Assembly (NCBI GenBank): GCA_905178155.1
Contig: CAJINV010000014.1
Span: 1,505,984 to 1,569,983 of the forward strand
Length of the DNA: 64,000 nt
Source: Amoebophrya sp. A120
Taxonomy: Eukaryota; Protista; Dinoflagellata
Reading direction: 5' to 3'
Part shown: positions 1 to 11,385 of the stretch, one piece after another
How positions within the stretch are numbered: the first letter of the stretch is position 1
How the letters are laid out: every line of letters starts with the position of its first letter
Notes under the pieces: model-generated
Told to the model about the DNA's origin: nothing
What the model saw: the letters and a program-made list of their open reading frames with translations, nothing else
Database searches by the model: none
Translations under genes and position numbers: made by a program

Positions 1-448
1 GTTCTTGCAGCTTACGTTGCACGGAGGATGGTGTTCCGGGATAGATCTGGAGCATTTAATTATGCTTCCACGAGGCTGCTCTGCCTGGTCGTCATTTTTT
101 AACAGCAGCTGGATCGTCCGGAAAGTTTGTAGCTTTCCGCGAACTAGATCATCTTCATGGAACCACAACCAGCGATAATGCCGTACTTGAATTCTGAAAG
201 TCGTGCCACTCTCCTCCTTCCCCTTTTACAATCACTACCTTGTATCTCTATTATAATAATGATTATTTAACTTGACGATGTTGACTCGGTGCCTTTTGTC
301 CCGTGAACGGCGCGTGTTGGCCTCTACTGCGACGCGAAAACGAGTCAAATCAAAATATACCTTTCCATGAAACTTGTTTTCATTTTTATTGTTTTTTTCA
401 TCTGTGAATGCCCTTGCTATGGAAGTATGAGCGTACGATAGCATAAAC

Positions 449-1348
449 ATGAGAATGACAGCAACTACTCCTGCTGCTCCAGTAGCGGCAAGAAAAACCA
501 GCGGCGCCCCCACTCCATCTCGTCCACCTCCAGTGTCTACAACAAGGAAAACGACAGGAGTTCCTCCGACCCTGTTCACCCTCGGGCACAGTACCCGCAG
601 CGTATCCGAGCTGGTCGAATTGTTGAAGGCGAACGACATTGGGTATCTGATTGATATCCGTGCCAGCCCGTTCTCTCGGAAAAATCCCCACTTCGACAAA
701 ACCTCCGAACTCTTGCAACAAGAGCTAAACCGAAACCAAATCCAGTACGAGCACTGCCCGGAGCTCGGCGGCGCGCCTGCCGGGAGCGAACCAGGGCGGG
801 GGATCTTTTGGAACCTCAGGCAGGAACGCGGACAGCGAAAGCTGCAAGAAATTGTGGATAGAGTGATCAAGAATAATTGTGTTGAAGATTATGATACAAA
901 GGAAGGAGTCCGAGTCGCGCCGCCCGCTGGTAGTACAAGTACTAGTTCCACGACGGCTGCAGGCACAACTATAGCTCATCCGACTTCTTCCGGGAGCAAG
1001 AACACGGCCATCATGTGTGCCTGTTTTGTTTGGAACGAGTGCCACCGGCAGGTGATTTCGCAAAGACTCGCGGAGCGAAACGTAACCGTGAAGCACCTGA
1101 CGGAAGTGGGAAAGCAACCCATTCCCCACCCGACAAGGATGTTATTCGAGCGGGCGTTGGTCGAGTCGCAGGGGGGGCTGGACCCGGATGACTATCGGGA
1201 GCAAATGATTTGCTTCCCGGTGGTGGATTTTAATAGCAGTTTTGGTTCCCAGATAAATGGAATGTTGAGCGGGAACTTTCTACTCCCTCAGGAAGTAGAC
1301 GAAGAACCTGTTGGAACGAAAAAGAAAACAAGATGGAAGAAAACATGA
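449..1348 (+). CDS. DUF488 family protein
   Basis: Intronless 299-aa ORF with LFTLGHSTRS..LIDIRASPFSR.NPHF..ELGG..AIMCAC..W.ECHRQVISQRL, the DUF488 motif series. Confidence 0.8.
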   Translation: MRMTATTPAAPVAARKTSGAPTPSRPPPVSTTRKTTGVPPTLFTLGHSTRSVSELVELLKANDIGYLIDIRASPFSRKNPHFDKTSELLQQELNRNQIQYEHCPELGGAPAGSEPGRGIFWNLRQERGQRKLQEIVDRVIKNNCVEDYDTKEGVRVAPPAGSTSTSSTTAAGTTIAHPTSSGSKNTAIMCACFVWNECHRQVISQRLAERNVTVKHLTEVGKQPIPHPTRMLFERALVESQGGLDPDDYREQMICFPVVDFNSSFGSQINGMLSGNFLLPQEVDEEPVGTKKKTRWKKT

Positions 1349-1958
1349 CAGAAACTAGGAAAAATGATCAAAGACGATGATTCAAGAAAACAAAAGCGAA
1401 ATATTAATCTTGGATGTGGGAGGCTCCCCGTTCTTCGCGCTTGTTGAACAAGCCTTGTTCTAGAAAAATACTTCTGCAAGGGTCTAGACCTAGAGATCCA
1501 GATCTTGTATGTACATACTGTCTTTGTGAGTGTGACAGAAATGGATCACGCCGGTACACTTAAGGGTCAGGAGCAGGGGCCGCGAGCAGGTTTTGCATTT
1601 GTAGATCAGAACCGCATTGAATACAGAACCGCTCTTTTCAGCTGTTGACCGCCAAACTCTACTTGCAGATCTAAATCATAAACTCCATTGGTTTCTATCT
1701 TGCAGGTTGGAGCACAGCAGCACCTTGTTATCATCAAGCAATCTAAGTTTCTGCCACCGTACAACTACAAACTGTTGCCGAAAATTGATACACTACGCTA
1801 CAATCTCAATCTGCGTTTTCTTGATTTGTTTTTCTTTTAGTTGCAAATTTATCGAAAAAGAAACTCTTGTGACCTGAAAATAGTTGTAAAGGCAAACTAG
1901 GACCACGACCACGGCGAAAAGAATAAAACTAAGTACATATTAGCTGCAAGACCACATC

Positions 1959-3221
1959 ATGGCGCCGTTCTACTTGTACTTGCTTACCGCGACATCCATG
2001 TTCTTTGTCTTCGACTCCACCGGCTGGACGACTACGGGTCGCGCGGTCTCATTTGTACAAGCTGTGCGCTCGTTCTCCGCGATGGCCCCGCGCGGGCGAG
2101 CGAGTAGTAGTACAGCAGATGTTGCTGCTGGAGGTCCTCATCGTGCGGTGTCCTCCTCTCCGGCGCGGAGGCCAGATCTGATCATAAAATCTGGGGTGAG
2201 TAGTTTGGAAGAGATAACGCGCCTCCCGTGGGAACTGTGGACAGCGACCGAAAGAAATGAACCGTTCAAAAGCAGTTTGCTTGGGTGGAAAAACCTGCGA
2301 GTCCGTCTCGCCTGGGCCACCGCCCCCTTTGTTCGCAAAGCGCAGGCCGAAATGATGCATATTGGAGCAGCTTCTTCAAAAAAAATCAAGAAGATGAATA
2401 AAGCCGAGGAGTATTTGCAGGGCAAGCTTTTGGAGCACTCCAAAGTCGTGGGAGACTTTTACGGCAACTTGCCGGCTGTAGTGGATGAGGATTGGGGACA
2501 CGACTTCATCAGGACCAAGCTGCCGCTCGACAAGCTAAGCGTTGCCGGGTCGGACCGCTTTAGCAGTGCCTACCAGCTCGTGGCCGAACACATCATGCTC
2601 CTCGATCCGAACACCGGGCTCCTGGTTGATGAAACGAAGGCGCTCGGGGTGGGCCCAGGAGAATTTTTCGAGGGGGAGCAGAAGCCTGAGTTAACGATTG
2701 TGAAGAGAAAGTTCTTAATTCCAGACGAGGACGAGTTGGATCGACTCAATAGGCTCTTCGACGCAATATTGCCCGAGGAGGAGGAGGATCTTCTGAGAGA
2801 TCTTGAAGAGAGTAGTAAAGAACTGGCGAGACGTAATGCTGGGGGAGATAGTGAAACAACTACAAGAACTAGCGGCGCTGGTGCAGCCCCTTCTGGACGC
2901 GACGCGAGCCAGGATGAAAATGAGCCCGACGCAACGTTAGGCAACACGAGCAACTCGAGTTGGTTGGTACGCAGCTTCACAAGTCATTTCCTTCGACTCG
3001 CAATAGCTCCAACCGTTGATCGGTACGGCATGAAGTTTCCCAAGCCGGTATCCCTGCAACAAATTAACCGTGAGCAAGGTCGTGCCCAGGCACCAGGTGA
3101 TACGACGTTCGCGATGCGTACAGCGCTCGGCGCCAGGATTGACGCGGAGCAGGCCTTGCTGATTTACGGTCCACGCGAAAGCTGGCAAGTGGAGAAAGAC
3201 GAAGCATCAGAGGAGGACTAG
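1959..3221 (+). CDS. Hypothetical protein with hydrophobic N-terminus (putative secreted), paralog 1
   Basis: 420-aa ORF starting MAPFYLYLLTATSMFFVF; close paralog at 6154-7422 with conserved frame. Confidence 0.75.
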   Translation: MAPFYLYLLTATSMFFVFDSTGWTTTGRAVSFVQAVRSFSAMAPRGRASSSTADVAAGGPHRAVSSSPARRPDLIIKSGVSSLEEITRLPWELWTATERNEPFKSSLLGWKNLRVRLAWATAPFVRKAQAEMMHIGAASSKKIKKMNKAEEYLQGKLLEHSKVVGDFYGNLPAVVDEDWGHDFIRTKLPLDKLSVAGSDRFSSAYQLVAEHIMLLDPNTGLLVDETKALGVGPGEFFEGEQKPELTIVKRKFLIPDEDELDRLNRLFDAILPEEEEDLLRDLEESSKELARRNAGGDSETTTRTSGAGAAPSGRDASQDENEPDATLGNTSNSSWLVRSFTSHFLRLAIAPTVDRYGMKFPKPVSLQQINREQGRAQAPGDTTFAMRTALGARIDAEQALLIYGPRESWQVEKDEASEED

Positions 3222-3825
3222 TTGACTTGGATCGTGATGTAATTGTCTTCCTAGAAGACGAGCATCATGAGCAAGAACAGCCAGAAGCCCGCGAGTCTGT
3301 TCATGTTCTTGTCTAGACTACTTTAACTTTTTGTCTTCGATTAATGACCTCTTTCCTTTGTTTTGGCTGGTACTTTGGAAATAAAACAAAACAAAAATTA
3401 TGCTGGTTGATTAATATGAGGCAGGTTTTGATGTGTATAATTTTTTTACTCGCTTGACTACTACCGCAGTCACTCTTACTCGCCCGCTTTCAAGTAAAGC
3501 GATCGATGCGAGGACTGATTTTGATACATCCGTCATTCTGATGATGATGAAGGTGAAGAAACAGAAAGAGACCCGTTGCTGGCTAGACTGTACTTTTCAA
3601 AAGATTTTTGGCGAACGATTTCTGCGCGTCGACGTAGATGATGGCCAAAATTTGGGAAAAAGATGAAGTGCGTCTTCATCGATGAAGAAGCTTCATCGAT
3701 AAAGATCTAAGATCAGTCACGACTTTTGAAATGATGCAGCGCCGAATTCTTATGTGCGACAACCTCTCAAGCGGGCGGCTTCGGTGCCGTGTATGACCAA
3801 AGTATGTAGTTGTTCTACCTCTTGG

Positions 3826-5290
3826 TAGGATTCGGATCTTTTTCAATTTCCCAAATCAAGCCACAGCGAAACTTCGCGAAGAGATCAGAAGGTAAAGAAA
3901 AAGAACACCGAGCTGACGCCGCGATCTCCAAAGAAGAGCAAATGACAGAAAAGAGAGGGACGTAGTGTAGGAAGGGTCGTGGATCAGTAGCACTGAGATC
4001 AAGCGAAAAGAAAAGACAAAGGAAAAAGAACGACGAAAAGACCAAGAAAGACTTCTTCACTTCATTCATTGCGCAGGGATTTTGAACGACTAATGGTGCT
4101 CAAAGATATCACGGTAGACCATGTCATATTGCGCACGACATAGCCCACGAATTCCGAGATTTGAAGTGATGAGCAATATGATTTACGAACCCGTTTGTTG
4201 ACAGCTCTCGTAATAGTCAGACTGAAAATCATGCGCGAAAAGGAAAGGAAAAAGAAGAAGCACAAACTCAAGGACACGACGCAAGATGTTCTATAAAAGA
4301 GGGAGAGAGATGACTTAGGGGTGGCGATTTGAAGTGTGTTGTTGATTGTTCCCACGGGAATGCCGTTTTACGGTGAAGACGATCAATTTGTATGTGAAAG
4401 ACCCTCGTGAAATTGCAATAAACGACGTGAGAACGCCTGTGCGAGTGACGTTGTGAATCAACATAGGAAGAAAAAGAAGACAAGGATAGTAACGAAGATA
4501 GAAAAGACAAGCACGAGAAGAACGACCAATATGCAGATGAAGAGAACGGAATCGCGAAGGAACAGTAGCTACCAAGCCAGAGCACGGGGCGGGAGGATCT
4601 GTCAAGTTCGGCAGGAGATAGAACAAGCGGCCTAGCGGGGAGCGAGGCAAAAAACGGGAAGAGAGAAGAAGGCCCTAGCAGTGGAGGTCATCCAGGACGA
4701 CTAGGATTCGGATCTTTTTCAATTTCCCAAATCAAGCCACAGCGAAACTTCGCGAAGAGATCAGAAGGTAAAGAAAAAGAACACCGAGCTGACGCCGCGA
4801 TCTCCAAAGAAGAGCAAATGACAGAAAAGAGAGGGACGTAGTGTAGGAAGGGTCGTGGATCAGTAGCACTGAGATCAAGCGAAAAGAAAAGACAAAGGAA
4901 AAAGAACGACGAAAAGACCAAGAAAGACTTCTTCACTTCATTCATTGCGCAGGGATTTTGAACGACTAATGGTGCTCAAAGATATCACGGTAGACCATGT
5001 CATATTGCGCACGACATAGCCCACGAATTCCGAGATTTGAAGTGATGAGCAATATGATTTACGAACCCGTTTGTTGACAGCTCTCGTAATAGTCAGACTG
5101 AAAATCATGCGCGAAAAGGAAAGGAAAAAGAAGAAGCACAAACTCAAGGACACGACGCAAGATGTTCTATAAAAGAGGGAGAGAGATGACTTAGGGGTGG
5201 CGATTTGAAGTGTGTTGTTGATTGTTCCCACGGGAATGCCGTTTTACGGTGAAGACGATCAATTTGTATGTGAAAGACCCTCGTGAAATT
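3826..5290. mobile_element. Non-autonomous element with 589-bp direct terminal repeats (TRIM-like or partial tandem) and 9-11 bp TSD
   Basis: 3826-4414 matches 4702-5290 (offset 876). Flanked by ACCTCTTGG at 3817-3825 and 5291-5299. Absent from the paralogous site near 8175. Confidence 0.85.
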
Positions 5291-5703
5291 ACCTCTTGGT
5301 TTTCAACATCCTATTCGTCCTTCTCTGTTACGATGGTAAAAATCACTATACAATGGACCGCACTCAGAAAGAGAGACAAGGGATGAGTTTATCTATAGCG
5401 ATAATGCAGTAGAAGATGTGGAAGTTCTTGCTGTTCACGTTCACCAGCAGACGGCGACCTTCACAAAAATACACATCAGTCATGGTTGCACAAGCAAGAA
5501 GATGGAGTAGATATTTGTGATGTAACAGCACAACTAGGTAGTGCGCAGATTGTTCATTTTTCTTCTTCGTGCGATCACCAGAAGTGCGACGTGGGTAGCC
5601 TTTCTATCTCTTTCTGTTAATCGATTATTCGAGCTGCATTTTTAACAAGCAGAAAACCAATTAGCGAATAATGCAGACGTTCTACTGGTACTGCACGAAA
5701 AAT

Positions 5704-8519
5704 AAAAATACTTCTGCAACGTTCTAGAGATCCAGATCTTGTATGTACTGTCAGTGTGACAGAAATGGATCGCGGTATGCCTAAGACTAAGCAGGACGGA
5801 ATGAGCAGCTTTTGCAGATCAGCATCGCGCAACTGAATAATGTATACGACTGCGCCCAGCAGTTGGACCCTGCTCAAGCTCTACTTTCAGATCTAAGTAC
5901 CTGAGTCTATTCGGTTTCTTGCAGGTTGTAGCAGTAGCACAGCAGCACCGTTTTATCATCAACCTCTAGTACCTGCGACCGCACGACAATAAACTGTTGC
6001 CGAAAAAAATTAATACACTACATGTACACTTCGTAGTGATTTGTTTTTCTTTTAGTTGCAAATCGAAAAAGAAACTGTTGTGAAAATAGTGAAGGAGAAC
6101 TAGGACCAGGACCACGGCGAAATAAAGAATAAAACTCATAGCACGCCCACATCATGGCGCCGTTCTACTTATACTACCTAAACCTACTCACCGCGACATC
6201 CATGTTCTTTGTCTTCGACGCCACCGGCGGGTGGACGACGGGTGGCGCGGTCTTATTTGTACAAGCTGTGCGCTCGTTCTCCGCGATGGCCCCGCTTGGG
6301 CGAGCTCGTAGTAGTACAGAAGATGTTGCTGCTGCTGAACCTCGTGCTGCGGTGTCCCCGGCGGGGCCAGATCTGATCATAAGCTTTGAGGTGAGTGGGG
6401 AAGAGATAACGCGCCTTCCGTGGGAGCTGTGGACAGCGTTCGAAAGAAATGCACCGTTCGAAAGCATTGAGCTCGGGTGGAGAAACCTGCGAGTCCGTCT
6501 CGCCTGGGCCACCGCCCCCTTTGTCCGCAAAGCACAGGCCGAAATGAGGAATATTGGAGCATTTTCTTCAAATATCGAGAAGAACAAAGCCGAGGAGTAT
6601 TTGCAGGGCAAGCTTTTGGAGCACTCCAAAATAGTGGGGGGCTTGGGCGGCAAGGGCAACTTGGCGGTTGTGAGGGGACGCTTCACGACCAAGCTGCCGC
6701 TCGACAAGCTAAGCGTTGCCGGATCGGACCGCTTTAGCAGTGCCTACCAGCTCGCAGCCGAACACATCACGCTGCTCGATCCGCGCACCGGCCGCTTGGT
6801 TGATAAAACGAAGGCGCTCGGGGTGGGCCCAGGAGACTTTTTCGAGGCGGAGCAGCAGCCTGCACTAACGATTGTGAAGAGAAAGTTCTTAATTCCAGAC
6901 GAGGACGAGTTGGATCGACTCAATAGGCTCTTCGACGCAGAATTGCCCGTTGAGGAGGTGAATCTTCTGAGCGATCTTGAAGAGAGTAGTAGAGAACTGG
7001 CGAGACGTAATGCTGGGGGAGATAGTCAAACAACTACTACAACTAGCGGCGCTGGTGCAGCTCCTTCTGGACGCGACGCGAGCCAGGATGAAAATGAGCC
7101 CGACGCAACGCTAGGCAGCACGAGCAACTCGAGTTGGTTAGTTCGCAGCTTCACAAGTCATTTCCTTCGACTCGCAATTGCTCCAACCGTGGATCGGTAC
7201 GGCATGAAGATGCCCAATCCGGTATCCCTGCAACAAATTCACCGGGAACAAGGTGCTCAGGCGCCAGGTTATACGTCGGTCGCGATTCGTACAGCGCTCC
7301 GCGCCAGGATTGACGCGGAGCAGGCCTTGCTGATTTACGGTCCACGCGAAAGCTGGCAAGTGGAGAAAGACGAAGCATCAGAGGAGGAGGACGAAGCTGG
7401 TGTCGTGGCCCGGGAAGCGTAGATGATGAGACATCGCTAAATACTATTTCATCTTCTCGCGACTGCCACCTTGAGCCCTCGTCACTAACTCACGGTACTA
7501 GTAACGGCTGTCGATCATTGATAGTGTCGGTCTGAGGACGAGAAGCTCGATCTTCAGGGTCGTCACAGTACTACCTCTTCCCGGGCTTGACTACTAGTTG
7601 ACTTGATCCTGATGCAATTGTCTTCCTAGATGAGCATCAGGAGCAAGAACAGCCAGAAGGCCGCGAGTCTGTTCATCATGTTCTTGGGAACGGTCCTCTA
7701 CAATACTTTTTGTCTTCGATTAATGACCTCTTTCATTTGTTTTGGCTGGTACTTACTCGTTTTGGAAATAAAATGAAACAATTATGCTTGTTGATTATGA
7801 GGCAGGTTTTGATGATGCATAATTTTTACTCGCTTTACTACTACTGTAGTCGCTCTTACTCGCCCGCTTTCACGTGAAGCGATCGACGCGAGGACTGATT
7901 TTGATACATCCGTCGTTCTGATGATGATGAAGGTGAAGAAACAGAAAGAGACCCGTTGTTGCCTGGACTGTATTTTTCAAAAGATTTTTGGCGAACGTCT
8001 TCTGCACGTCGACGTAGATGATGGCCAAAATTTTGGAAAAAGATGAAGAAGCTTCATCGAAGATCTCAGATCAGTCACGACTTTGGAAATGATGCAGCGC
8101 CAAATTTTTAGGTGCGATAATCTCTCAAGTGGGGGGGCTTCGGCGCCGTATATGAACAATGTATATAGTTGTTCTACCTTTATTTGCTTTTCTATTCTTT
8201 GTTACGATGGTAAAAATCACTTACACTAACGACCACCCAGGGGCACCGCAGTCAGAAAGAAAGAGCTTTAAACTCTATTATAAACGTTAGTGCAGTATTG
8301 TAGTTGACGTTCACCAGCACACGGCGACCTTCACAAAAATACACATCAGGCCTGGTTGCACAAGCAAGAAGATGGAGTAGATATTTGTTATGTAACAGCA
8401 CTAGCGCGCAGACAGTTCATTTTTCCTCTTCGTGCGATGGATCACCAGAACAAGTGCGACGTGGGCGTTGCGTTCGTAGTCTTTTTATCTATTTCTGTTG
8501 ATCAATTCAAGCTGCATTT
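5704..8519 (+). repeat. Tandem segmental duplication, copy 2
   Basis: Homologous to 1464-5641 without the 3826-5290 insertion. Confidence 0.85.
6154..7422 (+). CDS. Hypothetical putative secreted protein, paralog 2
   Basis: 422-aa ORF, paralog of 1959-3221. Confidence 0.75.
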   Translation: MAPFYLYYLNLLTATSMFFVFDATGGWTTGGAVLFVQAVRSFSAMAPLGRARSSTEDVAAAEPRAAVSPAGPDLIISFEVSGEEITRLPWELWTAFERNAPFESIELGWRNLRVRLAWATAPFVRKAQAEMRNIGAFSSNIEKNKAEEYLQGKLLEHSKIVGGLGGKGNLAVVRGRFTTKLPLDKLSVAGSDRFSSAYQLAAEHITLLDPRTGRLVDKTKALGVGPGDFFEAEQQPALTIVKRKFLIPDEDELDRLNRLFDAELPVEEVNLLSDLEESSRELARRNAGGDSQTTTTTSGAGAAPSGRDASQDENEPDATLGSTSNSSWLVRSFTSHFLRLAIAPTVDRYGMKMPNPVSLQQIHREQGAQAPGYTSVAIRTALRARIDAEQALLIYGPRESWQVEKDEASEEEDEAGVVAREA

Positions 8520-8545
8520 ACATTTTCAAAACCAGTGAACGAACA

Positions 8546-9307
8546 ATGCCGACGTTCTACCACGCAACCCCTGCGCGCAACCGGCACTCCATTGAGACAA
8601 GCGGCTTTCGCCCGGGCTCCGGGGGGTACGATGGTCCGGGGATCTACTTCTGCAAACGTCCAGAGGCGGCGATTAACCGAGCGCGCGTCCGTGGCGAGGA
8701 CGTCGTGGTTTTCGCTTGCGACATTGACAATGCGTACGTGACGAACGTGAACAACCAGGACAATTTCAAAGTCACCGAAAGCGACGCCGACGAAATTGAA
8801 ATCTTTGACACCATCCGTTACAGCAAAACCGAGGTGAATGAGATCAAACGTGACAAGAGCTCTGTTCTTGCGACAGGTCGTGGAGGTCCTGCTCGTGGAC
8901 GGTCGCAGAAACTAAATCGCTTTGGCCGAAGACGCTCGCGGAGCCGGTCCTCTTCTTTATTCTCGTCGTCTTCGCGAAAGCGCCATGTGCGTCGCACCGA
9001 GATCAGATATGATCCTGGCGCACGGAGGGTAGAAGTCAACCAAAACCTCCAGAATCGGATCCCGCGGTGGAACTACGCGACTTCTGCACCCAGTACACGA
9101 GCATCCGGAATATTAAACACGACGTCGCACTTGTTCAACACATCAACCACCTCACCGAGGACGACTAGAGTACAACCAGAGCCACCAAATGATTTTGATT
9201 TGTTTGACTATCCGGAACCGGAGCAGGGAACAAGCTTCGCTGGCTACTTGGGAACGGCCCTTTTGCTGGGTGCACTCGGATTGCTCGTGGTGGGGATGTG
9301 CGGTTGA
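8546..9307 (+). CDS. Gig2/PARP-like ADP-ribosyltransferase-domain protein with C-terminal transmembrane anchor
   Basis: ATG at 8546. MPTFYHAT..SIETSGFRPGSGGYDGPGIYF..VVVFACDID..EIEI fits the YHGT/GxGxYF ART pattern. RS-rich linker and hydrophobic tail GYLGTALLLGALGLLVVGMCG. Confidence 0.65.
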   Translation: MPTFYHATPARNRHSIETSGFRPGSGGYDGPGIYFCKRPEAAINRARVRGEDVVVFACDIDNAYVTNVNNQDNFKVTESDADEIEIFDTIRYSKTEVNEIKRDKSSVLATGRGGPARGRSQKLNRFGRRRSRSRSSSLFSSSSRKRHVRRTEIRYDPGARRVEVNQNLQNRIPRWNYATSAPSTRASGILNTTSHLFNTSTTSPRTTRVQPEPPNDFDLFDYPEPEQGTSFAGYLGTALLLGALGLLVVGMCG

Positions 9308-9874
9308 ACATGTTGTTAAGAGCGAGCAGGAGTTTCAACGAGAAATGAAACGACGAAAAGAGACAGCTGGTAGAAAAAGTGAGAAAAAAGAAAGCATCTT
9401 CATTTAGATCGAAGTAAAACTAAACGATCCTCATTCTCACTGGTGTTGCTTGTCTTGATACCTAAATCGTAGATTTATAAAGTTTTTAGTATATCTATAT
9501 CCCACCGACCACGATCAGGTAGTATTGGTCCTCATTCCTTTTATTGGTGGTGATGAATCAATATGATAATGATGATGATGTCGCTTTTTATCATTCCATT
9601 TACCATTTCCAACATGTTTTTGCCACTTCTAACAGATGGAGACCACCCATTCAAATGAGATACTGTTACATCTTGATATAGAATTTCCGCGGTGTTGGCC
9701 ATTGTGTTTGTTCCTCTGCGTCCAACAAAATTGGCGATGATGTGTAGTTTTCGCACCACCAACATGCAGTGAGTAGTTTTGCGCAGACTCACAGATAAGA
9801 CTGTTCTTTCACCGGAACTGAACTATCAATACGGTTGGATGAGAAGATGAAGGTTGCACCGTCGTGGATGCCTA

Positions 9875-10662
9875 GCACCAGGATGCAGCGGAGGCGACCT
9901 TCAGCAGCACAACGAGTGTGAGTGACTGACGGAGAGTACTAAGGGGAAAAGTTCAAGAATAAGAATCGGAGCAAAAATTGCTTAGGGGGCCCAGCGACGG
10001 TAGGTGCTGGGTCGCGTTGTTGTAGTTTTTTTGTAGTAAGTGCAAGACAAATGCCACACACAGACGAAAAAGGAGAAAATACAAAAGGCCGGCTGCGGCC
10101 CCACCCCCAGGCTGCGGCCTGGCGCTTCTATGGCCCGACCACCGCCCCGGCCCCGGCCTCGCCCGATGCTTTTGTTGGCCGGGGAACCCAAAAGGGGCCC
10201 GAGCCCAATTCTGTGGCCATTTCGGAGGGCCAAAAAATCTCAAGGGGGGGCCTCCGCGGGGGCTTTCGCGGGGGGTCTTCAGGGGGGTCGATCTTTCTAT
10301 TCTTGAAAACTCAACACCCATGCTATGGTGCCGATTTGGGGGCTCAGAGGGGGGGCGCCAATTTGCCGCTTCCGGACCCTCTTCGGAACCCCCCACCCTG
10401 TCCATTCTTGAAAACTCAACGCCGCTTAGTAATTGCCTACTTTCATGCTAATCACGACCTATAGGCAAAAAGGTGCGCGATTATTGAGGCTGCCACTTTT
10501 TTGTACCGAGTGTCCCCTCCAGACCGATCCGAAAGCGGGCGTGCGCGATGCTTCTGGGCGGAGGCGACCATAGCGCGATGCTTCCGGGCGTGCGCGATGC
10601 TTCTGCACCAGGATGCAGCGGAGGCGACCTTCAGCAGCACAGCGAGTGTGAGTGACGGAGAG
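9875..10662. repeat. GC-rich insert flanked by ~60-bp direct repeats
   Basis: GCACCAGGATGCAGCGGAGGCGACCTTCAGCAGCAC..GAGTGTGAGTGAC..GGAGAG at 9875-9936 and 10605-10662. Confidence 0.7.
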
Positions 10663-11385
10663 GCATATATAGTTTTTTTCAAGTAGTGGAACAATCACGA
10701 ATAGCTGCTGACCACGCAGCGCACAATGAATTCGGATTCTTGTTTTTCAATTCCTGAGAGACTTGTTCTTGTCACGTGGTCTGAGCTGACAAAAAGTCCT
10801 TTTTGTTTTTTACTGTTATATGTGACGCCTCCAAATGTGAATAGTTTTGGGTCATTTTGCGTCAGCGTCACATGCATTGAAAACAAATCGCAGAAAAACA
10901 AAAGTCAAAAGGTGTTTTAAATAACCGAACAAGGACCAGAACAGAACGAGCCAAGGACCAAATTCTTCGAAGTCGGACACGCCAGCATCATCGCAGACTA
11001 CGGAGCAGAGCGTGGGCAAAAGACGAGAGCTAGAAGTTGAAGTTCCGTCATGATGCGCGGCAACGAAGCGGAGCATCTTGGGCAAGAGGAACTGCACGAG
11101 CACGACGAAGAAGCGAACGGAAATAAGTGCGCAGCGTCTACTAGCACTGCAGCAGCGGTGGAACAGGAACTGAACCACTGGAACCAGTTTTCGTCGACTC
11201 CACAGTTGGATAATATTGTAATTCCGTAGTGCAAAAATTTGAATTTTTTCTTTTTTTTTTATCGCTGGATGTTTTGATTGAGCAAGAAATGTTCTACTTC
11301 AGTGCGCAGCGCTCCATTGGAAAAATAAAGACGAAAATGCTGGTCATTTTACATTCGTTCTTCTGATCTTTGAATACATAAAACT

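Larger units (their letters stand above)
1464..5641 (+). repeat. Tandem segmental duplication, copy 1 (includes a 1.46-kb insertion)
   Basis: Aligns by eye with 5704-8519 through the upstream region, CDS and downstream region; boundaries are approximate. Confidence 0.85.

Noticed and set aside
3815-5231. Duplicated 84-97 aa hydrophobic minus-strand ORFs
   Set aside because: By-products of the purine-skewed 589-bp repeat; no sign of coding function.
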